A DNA stretch of 62,983 nt, filler included, from Octopus bimaculoides (Eukaryota): the NCBI RefSeq assembly GCF_001194135.2. It is 6 parts of 3 records of this genome, joined end to end, with 100 filler letters (N's around TTAATTAATTAA, not from the genome) between each part and the next. Parts side by side here need not be neighbours in the genome. Positions count along the whole stretch, not along the records: positions 30,156 to 55,511 come from NC_068986.1; positions 55,612 to 57,527 come from NW_026392300.1; positions 57,628 to 59,436 come from NC_068982.1; positions 59,537 to 62,983 come from NC_068986.1; 2 more parts are not named here. The stretch is one strand, 5' to 3'. Position numbers and translations under genes: made by a program. Shown piece by piece: positions 53,477 through 62,983 of this stretch (within the stretch, counting starts at the first letter, position 1; each line of letters opens with the position of its first letter). The notes beneath the pieces are model-generated. The model was not told where the DNA came from, made no database searches, and saw only the letters and a list, made by a program, of their open reading frames with translations.

Positions 53477-55370
53477 GTCAATAACCATTGTGAAGTCCGG
53501 CACTGATGGAAATTCCAAGGCATACTTAAAGCTCTTTACGTAAGAGTTATATGCATGTGCAACATTTCCTGGAGTTGAAGAATGACTTCAAAACCTGTGC
53601 CGGGGAAGATAGTTCTTCGGTGTGCCGCCTGTGTTTCGTAGTCACCGACAAAGTACACCTGGAGGAACTGCGGTGTTTCGTTGGCAGCGAGTAGAAGGGA
53701 TCCAATTCTGTGGCAAATCTGCCCCTGAATTTTAAATGTAAGCATGAAGCCGCCTTCTCTTACGATATTCGCACCAAATGATGTCATCTGAAAGGCGCAG
53801 TTATATTTTCTCATGTTNNNNNNNNNNNNNNNNNNNNNNNNNNNNNNNNNNNNNNNNNNNNNNNNNNNNNNNNNNNNNNNNNNNNNNNNNNNNNNNNNNN
53901 NNNNNNNNNNNNNNNNNNNNNNNNNNNNNNNNNNNNNNNNNNNNNNNNNNNNNNNNNNNNNNNNNNNNNNNNNNNNNNNNNNNNNNNNNNNNNNNNNNNN
54001 NNNNNNNNNNNNNNNNNNNNNNNNNNNNNNNNNNNNNNNNNNNNNNNNNNNNNNNNNNNNNNNNNNNNNNNNNNNNNNNNNNNNNNNNNNNNNNNNNNNN
54101 NNNNNNNNNNNNNNNNNNNNNNNNNNNNNNNNNNNNNNNNNNNNNNNNNNNNNNNNNNNNNNNNNNNNNNNNNNNNNNNNNNNNNNNNNNNNNNNNNNNN
54201 NNNNNNNNNNNNNNNNNNNNNNNNNNNNNNNNNNNNNNNNNNNNNNNNNNNNNNNNNNNNNNNNNNNNNNNNNNNNNNNNNNNNNNNNNNNNNNNNNNNN
54301 NNNNNNNNNNNNNNNNNNNNNNNNNNNNNNNNNGTGGGAGCCCTTGACGCTGCATCACGAGACCGGCGTATTGTTCGTTGACCTTCTGTCGCATTAACCC
54401 GGGCTATGCTGTTCTCCTCTTTCAGCATCACGGATGGCAGCCGTTGTGGAAGCATTTCGAGATCTGCGATCAGCGCGCTGGTCTTCTCTCTCGGACGCTC
54501 GAGCAGCGGCTTGTGAAGCTGTTTTGCGGTGACACCGGTAATGGATGGTTAGTTGTTCCGTCGGGCTGACTGCTTGACCTTCTTGCTTGTCGAACCGCTT
54601 CTCGTGTTCTTCGTCCGACGCAAGGTCTTTTTTGGAGGAATTTACCTAGAAAGGGAGTGTAAGAGGGGTAGAGATAACGGAAAGTTTTATTAAAGCGGAG
54701 TTAATGAGCTATTGCGCACAATGGGTAGCAACCGTTTAAACTGTAAAGAGTATATCTTTGCAAAAGGAAAGTAAGCGAAAACCGAATAGTGGCTATGACC
54801 AACTTACCGTGAGGGAAGTAGGTGGAAGGCAGAATAATCGAATGGTTGGATGTATTTCTGAAATGTAGGATTCACAGTACTGTCCTAACCAGGAGGATTT
54901 CTAAGAAAGTTTTCAAGAAGGTTGCTTGCTTGTAGGAGCGAATGGACAGGCCGCTGTGACAGGGAAATCGATCCCGTCAGTCAAATAAGCCGGAGGAACA
55001 CATGAACCCGTGCATAACGGCTTGGCCAATTGCCCGAGGTCACGAGAATCGGAGGTTACGCAATGGAGATCGTATCACAGTCGAACTGCAATAAGTGACT
55101 GACCCGTCAACGGTAACCCGTTAACGCCAGTCTGCCTTTGCCCGCGGTGTGAAATGCGTAATTCTGTAGTATAATGTAGCCCAATGTGGCAATGAAAGGT
55201 AAGACATTCATCGGAAGCCAGAAAGCGGCCTGCCTCTGATATAGGACGTCTGAGTGTAACATAAGTGCCGTAGCAGTCGTAAGTAATGTTTTAGTAGCGG
55301 TCTTCCCGCCGAGTCTAACCTAAAATTGATTATCGGGAGAAGCTACCGGAAATCTCATAAAATATCAACA
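53477..55370 (-). mobile_element. Helitron 5' portion (23-aa STPR-like repeats plus the pre-Rep region); 5' limit uncertain
   Basis: RKYNCAFQMTSFGA..TFKIQGQICHRIGSLL..PQFLQVYF..LQEMLH (ORF 53536-53814) is typical of the region upstream of Helitron Rep. 54335-54640 encodes AAARASEREDQRADRRSRNASTT-AAIRDAERGEQ with 23-aa periodicity. Confidence 0.8.
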
Positions 55371-55371
55371 T

Positions 55372-55511
55372 ATAGGCGCAGGAGTGGCTGTGTGGTAAGT
55401 AGCTGGCTTACCAACCACATGGTTCCGGGTTCATTCCTACTGCGTGGCACCTTGGGTAAGTGTCTTCTACTATAGCCTCAGGCCAACCAAAGCCTTGTGA
55501 GTGGATTTGGT
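55372..55511 (+). mobile_element. SINE family A, tRNA-like head and core
   Basis: ggagtggctgtgtggtaag (A box), gggttcattcc (B box), gcaccttgggtaagtgtctt; truncated by a gap. Confidence 0.9.
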
Positions 55512-55785
55512 NNNNNNNNNNNNNNNNNNNNNNNNNNNNNNNNNNNNNNNNNNNNTTAATTAATTAANNNNNNNNNNNNNNNNNNNNNNNNNNNNNNNNN
55601 NNNNNNNNNNNACACACACACACACACACATCCTTCAATGTGTGCGTGCGCGCGCGTCATTGTCTTTCAATGTTCTGAGTTCAGTAAGTATCAGAACAGG
55701 CCGCTCGAGAGAGAAGTCGGAGAAGAAAGAACCTGCGTCTAGATGGCTCACTAATTTTTCGTCATATTTACTGATTAAATATAAG

Positions 55786-56110
55786 TGTGGAGGCGCAATG
55801 GCCCAGTGGTTAGGGCAGCGGACTTGCGGTCATAGGATCGCGGTTTCGATTCCCAGACCGGGCGTTGTGAGTGTTTATTGAGCGAAAACACCTAAAGCTA
55901 CACGAGGCTCCGGCAGGGGATGGTGGCGAACCCTGCTGTACTCTTTCACCACAACTTTCTCTCACTCTTTCTTCCTGTTTCTGTTGTGCCTGTAATTCAA
56001 AGGGATAGACTTGTCACACTGTGTCACGCTGAATATCCCCGAGAACTACGTTAAGGGTACACGTGTCTGTGGAGTGCTCAGCCACTTGCACGTTAATTTC
56101 ACGAGCAGGC
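55786..56110 (+). mobile_element. tRNA-derived SINE, family D
   Basis: tggcccagtggttaggg (A box), ggtttcgattccc (B box), well-preserved body; truncated by a gap. Confidence 0.85.
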
Positions 56111-56844
56111 NNNNNNNNNNNNNNNNNNNNNNNNNNNNNNNNNNNNNNNNNNNNNNNNNNNNNNNNNNNNNNNNNNNNNNNNNNNNNNNNNNNNNNNNNN
56201 NNNNNNNNNNNNNNNNNNNNNNNNNNNNNNNNNNNNNNNNNNNNNNNNNNNNNNNNNNNNNNNNNNNNNNNNNNNNNNNNNNNNNNNNNNNNNNNNNNNN
56301 NNNNNNNNNNNNNNNNNNNNNNNNNNNNNNNNNNNNNNNNNNNNNNNNNNNNNNNNNNNNNNNNNNNNNNNNNNNNNNNNNNNNNNNNNNNNNNNNNNNN
56401 NNNNNNNNNNNNNNNNNNNNNNNNNNNNNNNNNNNNNNNNNNNNNNNNNNNNNNNNNNNNNNNNNNNNNNNNNNNNNNNNNNNNNNNNNNNNNNNNNNNN
56501 NNNNNNNNNNNNNNNNNNNNNNNNNNNNNNNNNNNNNNNNNNNNNNNNNNNNNNNNNNNNNNNNNNNNNNNNNNNNNNNNNNNNNNNNNNNNNNNNNNNN
56601 NNNNNNNNNNNNNNNNNNNNNNNNNNNNNNNNNNNNNNNNNNNNNNNNNNNNNNNNNNNNNNNNNNNNNNNNNNNNNNNNNNNNNNNNNNNNNNNNNNNN
56701 NNNNNNNNNNNNNNNNNNNNNNNNNNNNNNNNNNNNNNNNNNNNNNNNNNNNNNNNNNNNNNNNNNNNNNNNNNNNNNNNNNNNNNNNNNNNNNNNNNNN
56801 NNNNNNTTACACTTTATTTTTTAAATTTCTACTCTAGTATTTGT

Positions 56845-57075
56845 ATCATCATCATCGCCGTCGTCGTTTAACGTCCGCTTTCCAAGCTAGCATGGGTTGG
56901 ACGATTTGACTGAGGACTGGTGAAACTGGATGGCAACACCAGGCTCCAATCTGATTTGGCAGAGTTTCTACAGCTGGATGCCCTTCCTAACGCCAACCAC
57001 TCCGAGAGTGTAGTGGGTGCTTTTACGTGCCACTGGCACGAGGGCCAGTCAGGCGGTACTGGCAACGGCCACGTT
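56845..57075 (-). mobile_element. 3' end of an RTE-tailed retroelement (SINE or LINE)
   Basis: (CAT)n tail followed by cgtttaacgtccgctttcc..gctagcatgggttggacg..ggatgcccttcctaacgccaacc, typical of RTE 3' ends read in reverse. Confidence 0.7.
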
Positions 57076-57457
57076 TGAAATGGTTTATATTATTTTAGCT
57101 CCATTGCCTTACATTTTTAGTCGCCTTTATTCCATATATTATTCTTCATTCGACTTCACTCGTATTACCCTTTTACGTCTTATCACCTTTTATTCGTGTG
57201 TATGTGTATATTTTATGCTGTTGGGTTTTACCATTGGGTGCCCTATTGTTTTAATATATATCTATATTCGATTTTTGATCATTTGGGAATGATATAAAGT
57301 TGTTTTGACCGATTGGAACGTTTATTCATTGCACCTTTCAATTTATTGCACCTTTCAATTTATTTCTCCTCTCGCCTCGGTGTCACCTGAGCACTTCCAG
57401 CTGCTCTCCTATTTTTATTTCTATGTTTGCTCTTCGGTTTAACGAAGTTATAAAACT

Positions 57458-57500
<43 letters not shown>

Positions 57501-57829
57501 CACTCATGTTTATTACTCCTTGCATTCNNNNNNNNNNNNNNNNNNNNNNNNNNNNNNNNNNNNNNNNNNNNTTAATTAATTAANNNNNNNNNNNNNNNNN
57601 NNNNNNNNNNNNNNNNNNNNNNNNNNNACGTATTTCTAATTGGAACGCCAGAATTCTTTTTTTTTTGTTCACCAGAAAATATAACGGAAATAGATAAAAT
57701 ATGCATCTAAATTTAAATTTTAATTATTATTACTTCCAAGGGAATGAGCAAGAAATAGACTTTTCTCTCCCCTCACCAAAGTACGCGGATGAACCAATCA
57801 ATTACACACACACACACACACACACACAA

Positions 57830-58005
57830 AGTGATTAAGTCGATTACATCGACCCCAGTGCGTAACTGGTACTTATTTAATCGACCCTGAAAGGATGAAA
57901 GGCAAAGTCGACCTCGGCGGAATTTGAACTCAGAACGTTACGGCAGACGAAATACAGCAAAGCATTTTGCCCGGCGTGCTAACGTTTCTGCCAGCTCGCC
58001 GTCTT
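57830..58005 (-). mobile_element. SINE family B, well conserved
   Basis: gattaagtcgattacatcgaccccagtgcgtaactggtact..cggcggaatttgaactcagaacg..ctgccagctcgcc. Confidence 0.9.
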
Positions 58006-58384
58006 AAGCGCGCATATATATTAAAAGATTAATGCGAAAGACGGAGTGTAACTAGAAACATCTATTACCACAACAATCGTTTCGGCTTCATTCTGCACTG
58101 CTCTCTGTTGAGTGCCAAAATTTTGGTGCCAAAAATTTTGAAATTTACATTTGAAAACCTATATTAATAGATTGATATTAATAGATCCTATCATTTCACG
58201 AGAGAAATATCTGTAAGATGCTGAATTTAATTTCAATGATGCACCGGAAAGAAGCAGTTTCGAAAATAAAAAAAGTAAAGTAAATAGACGAAAGCTTACA
58301 TTGCAGCAGAACTTAGGGAAAAACTTAGGAATAATGGGAAAAATAAATTTTTAGCATGATTACAGATGTTTATATTACGAGAAA

Positions 58385-58570
58385 TTAGGACGGCGAACTA
58401 ACCGAACCTTTAGCATGCCGGGCAAAATGCTTAGTGGCATTTCTTCCTGCTCGTTACACATTTTGAGCTTAAAAGTCGTCGAGTTCGACTTTGCCTTTCA
58501 TCCTTTCGGGATCGATAAAGTAACAACCTGTTGAACACTAGAGTCGATGTAATCGACTTACTGCTTTTTC
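58385..58570 (+). mobile_element. SINE family B
   Basis: ggcgaactaaccgaacc..ccgggcaaaatgcttagt..gactttgcctttcatcctttcggg..gtcgatgtaatcgactt. Confidence 0.8.
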
Positions 58571-58598
58571 CACCCCAGAACGTTTGAAATCAACGTTG

Positions 58599-58685
58599 CT
58601 ATCTGACAATTAGTTATCTACCATGAATATCATGACTATCTGACTATCTGACTATCTGACAATTAGTTATCTACCATGAATATCA
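58599..58685. repeat. 34-bp direct duplication separated by (tgactatc)n
   Basis: ctatctgacaattagttatctaccatgaatatca at 58599-58632 and 58652-58685. Confidence 0.9.
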
Positions 58686-59536
58686 GAAGATATTTCATTA
58701 AAATATTTGAGCCGTTTTCTAAACGTTGCATAGAAAACATCGGAACGGAGATATTTCATTGCAAATGCAGCGCTATCTACCTTGCTCACTGCTCTTATAA
58801 TGGAAAATGTTCCATTAAGCGCTAGTATACAGATCTAAAATAACATCCACAGATGGTATCGAAAAAAAAAAAAAGATATGAGATTAACACAAAAAACATT
58901 TAAAAGAACCCGAGCACAGCATAGAAACTCGTTCAAAACTAGAGATCAAGTAATTCAAAACCTCTATTCTTGTACACCTGGGAAGTAAAGGAGCAAAATA
59001 TTAAATAAGAGGCAAGAAATAATGTCTAAATGCAGACAAACGAATAAATATTTATTAAAAGCCAGCTTCCGAAAGCATGCGGACTAATTACACAGCTGCA
59101 CGTATGCTGCCTTCGACAAAACCCAATCATGGAAATCTAATTTCCACGCATCATATAACCACATATATATATCCGTGCAGTAAGGGAAATAATCTAAAGG
59201 TGAGTAATTATCAGAAAAATAATACGATCGCTTTGTAATCTGATTGGTTAACCATTCAAACTTACAATCTAATTAACAATTTTCCCAAGTCCTTATAATT
59301 ATTAAAATGGTTTTTCATAATAGTAAGCCAAGAACGTTTCAGAATTTCTTAGATGATGATACAACTGTGTCAGCTGTTCTGAAATTTATGAATACAGTAG
59401 GTAGCTATGCATGTAAGTATACACACACACACACACNNNNNNNNNNNNNNNNNNNNNNNNNNNNNNNNNNNNNNNNNNNNTTAATTAATTAANNNNNNNN
59501 NNNNNNNNNNNNNNNNNNNNNNNNNNNNNNNNNNNN

Positions 59537-59574
<38 letters not shown>

Positions 59575-60434
59575 GATTGTTTCATAATTTCGTATCAATT
59601 CTCCTGCGACAAAGTGTTAAATGCTTCAAAAATGTTCTAGAAAATTGTGTATATGCAACGACTGTTTATATTACAATAATGTGAGATTCACATCGATACG
59701 GCAGCCATCTTTCGAATATTCATGTGAGCATGCGCAAATAGGATATGACTTTCATTTCCATTTATTATTTTACAGAATAGTTAGTGTTCATGTATTTAAT
59801 GCTTGGAACATTAAAAAAGAAATAAAAAGCAAAATGATATCGATATTAACCAATGATGAACACGTTATCTCCATTTATCTAGTAAGTGCGGGAGACAACC
59901 ATGGACATGTTTCGGTATTATTCTCACCTCATTATCGATAATTACTATTTCTCGTATTTATGAATGATGAATGAATTACTACGTAAACAGAATTTATCTA
60001 TTTCTTTGTTTCTATATTTCTTTAAAGTTTCAAATTCATAATATCTACGTTTTTTTTTTTACTGTATTTTAATTCATATATTTTCAGGTGAGGTTTGGCA
60101 AATTAAATTTAAATGTTGAAGTGAATCTAACGGTTTTTGTGTGATTCTTAAATGGCTTATAAACACCTTCCACGCTGCATTTTTTTTTCGTTCCAGCACA
60201 CGATCTCAGATCAGGTCGTTTGCTATGCAAGTACATCTCCATATATATATACGTATGTATGTATGTATGTATGTATGTATGTATGTATGTATGTATGTAG
60301 TCATACGTATATACAAACTATCACCTACTGCTGTAACGACTATCCATCCCATTGCCATTGGACGCGTACAGGCTCATTCAATCACATAGACACAAATACA
60401 TAAATATCGCAAACATGCATATACATGCACACAC

Positions 60435-60466
<32 letters not shown>

Positions 60467-60886
60467 CTGCACTCGCATGCGCACAGACAATCCAGTACGC
60501 GTTTGATCATCGATTGTAAGCCAGATGAGAAGTATAGTCGGGACATTAGCGTCGTCATTAACGGCGGGGGGGCGTCATGAACGATNNNNNNNNNNNNNNN
60601 NNNNNNNNNNNNNNNNNNNNNNNNNNNNNNNNNNNNNNNNNNNNNNNNNNNNNNNNNNNNNNNNNNNGGGGGGGGGTCTTCCTGGACTGGAGCGTCCTTC
60701 TTGGGTTGCAGTGGTGAAGGTAGATAAGTGCATGATTTGTAACCACCGTTGGTTAAAGTGGAAGTCGTTGACAAATTGCACACACTTAGGTCTGCGTGCT
60801 TGTGTATTACTGTGTCACTCACTGAACGTATACACATTCAAAAGTACATACATACATATATACAGATATAGTCGGACACACACACA

Positions 60887-60941
<55 letters not shown>

Positions 60942-61761
60942 ATACACAAAGCTGTATACGCATACACACATATATACACACGCATACAACTATATATATA
61001 GTTGTATATGTGTATGTGTGTGTAAACATACTTATTTGTATATATNNNNNNNNNNNNNNNNNNNNNNNNNNNNNNNNNNNNNNNNNNNNNNNNNNNNNNN
61101 NNNNNNNNNNNNNNNNNNNNNNNNNNNNNNNNNNNNNNNNNNNNNNNNNNNNNNNNNNNNNNNNNNNNNNNNNNNNNNNNNNNNNNNNNNNNNNNNNNNN
61201 NNNNNNNNNNNNNNNNNNNNNNNNNNNNNNNNNNNNNNNNNNNNNNNNNNNNNNNNNNNNNNNNNNNNNNNNNNNNNNNNNNNNNNNNNNNNNNNNNNNN
61301 NNNNNNNNNNNNNNNNNNNNNNNNNNNNNNNNNNNNNNNNNNNNNNNNNNNNNNNNNNNNNNNNNNNNNNNNNNNNNNNNNNNNNNNNNNNNNNNNNNNN
61401 NNNNNNNNNNNNNNNNNNNNNNNNNNNNNNNNNNNNNNNNNNNNNNNNNNNNNNNNNNNNNNNNNNNNNNNNNNNNNNNNNNNNNNNNNNNNNNNNNNNN
61501 NNNNNNNNNNNNNNNNNNNNNNNNNNNNNNNNNNNNNNNNNNNNNNNNNNNNNNNNNNNNNNNNNNNNNNNNNNNNNNNNNNNNNNNNNNNNNNNNNNNN
61601 NNNNNNNNNNNNNNNNNNNNNNNNNNNNNNNNNNNNNNNNNNNNNNNNNNNNNNNNNNNNNNNNNNNNNNNNNNNNNNNNNNNNNNNNNNNNNNNNNNNN
61701 NNNNNNNNNNNNNNNNNNNNNNNNNNNNNNNNNNNNNNNNNNNNNNNNNNNNNNNNNNNNN

Positions 61762-61793
<32 letters not shown>

Positions 61794-62149
61794 TTGTTAT
61801 CCAGGTGTTGTAAATCTTAATAAAGTGTCCACAAAACGATGAACGAACAACCTCGTTAGCGAGGAAGTGAGCCTGAATGGTTGGTTTCTGTAAACTGACC
61901 GACCGCTTGCTTGTATAGGAACATGCAAGATATGTACTTGCTTGCCTTTCTACAGTTAGGCTCGCGTACTTTTGGGGACAGGGCCGCGATAAAATGAGAG
62001 GTAAAAATCGTCCGGGAATACCGGAAGTAGGATGTGTGAAATTGTCACATCGTTATAATAGCTATTCGTCAAGGTTTTGTTTTGAGTGTTTTTTTCCTTT
62101 TTTCTCCGTTCTTCATTTTGTGTGCCCATGTGTCTGTATGTGTGTCTGT

Positions 62150-62150
62150 G

Positions 62151-62243
<93 letters not shown>

Positions 62244-62435
62244 ATATATATATATAGATATATAGATAAAGATAGATAGATAGATATATATACATACATA
62301 CATTGATACATACATACATACATACATACATACATACATGCATACATGACTCTTTCTCTATGGACAAGAAATACAGAAATGAAACTGATTGATAACATAC
62401 ATACATACATACATACATACATACATACATACATG
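62150..62435. repeat. (TG)n/(TA)n/(CATA)n compound microsatellite
   Basis: Read directly. Confidence 0.95.
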
Positions 62436-62659
62436 TACTAATACTTAACTGTGTAGCTAGGTATCTGTTCCTGATTCGTATAAGACTACACCCCTCCCCA
62501 CTACCCGCCGTCAGTAAAGCTCATTGTGTTACATTCAACGAAGTTGATGAAGGAACCCGTATTAAATTGGATGATAGCTAACAAACCGTTGAGCACCAGC
62601 AACAGTTTTAACCAACCCGTGTAGAGGTATATTTACAGGTAAGGTGGCTGTAAGGGGAG

Positions 62660-62983
62660 GAATAGTGGTGGTCGTGACGACGACGACGACGACGAGAATT
62701 ATGATGATGAGGAGGATGATGGTGAGGAGGAGGAAGAGGAGGAGACAGAGGAAAAGGAGGAAGAGGAGGCACTCGATGATGACGATGATGTCGACGACCA
62801 CCATCACCACCACCACGATGACGATGGTGACGGCGACAATGACAAAACGAGGAGGAGGAGAAGGAGGCGGTGGTAGTGGTGAGAAGAAGAAGAAGAAGAA
62901 GAAGAAGAAGAAGAAGAAGAAGAAGAAGAAGAAGAAGAAGACGGGGAGGAGGGGAGAGGAAGACGAGGTAGGTGGAAGGAGGG
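62660..62983. repeat. Purine-rich trinucleotide low-complexity tract (GAC/GAT/GAG/CAC) ending in (AAG)n
   Basis: Read directly; pure (AAG)n at about 62882-62941. Confidence 0.9.

Noticed and set aside
55372-55450. tRNA-like A/B boxes at SINE heads
   Set aside because: They do not fold into complete cloverleaves and continue into SINE bodies, so they are not tRNA genes.
62562-62983. Acidic or poly-Glu-like coding potential at the window end
   Set aside because: A mixed trinucleotide microsatellite with no splice or homology support.

Overview
AT-rich, microsatellite-dense eukaryotic scaffold with many N gaps. The SINE families and the TTAATTAATTAA gap fillers point to an octopus genome, probably an Octopus bimaculoides-type draft (inferred from recognition, not searched). 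The window is mostly intronic or intergenic and littered with decayed transposons: RTE, Hero, CR1/L2-like, CRE-like and Penelope retroelements, Tc1/mariner and Helitron fragments, and several tRNA-derived SINE families. No complete host gene is identifiable. The best coding candidate is a minus-strand first coding exon (31545-31692) encoding a signal-anchor N-terminus; a few weaker plus-strand exon candidates also exist. The most interesting signal is at 27.2-28.5 kb: two neighbouring foldback (long inverted-repeat) elements, each carrying a type I minimal hammerhead-ribozyme motif with a near-palindromic stem III and a GUA cleavage triplet, with the mirror copy mutated or deleted in the opposite arm. 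Also notable are an in-frame Helitron-RTE junction, an RTE ORF ending in three C2H2 fingers, and a 293-codon open frame with an early in-frame TGA. Most ORFs in the supplied track are microsatellite or N-gap artefacts.
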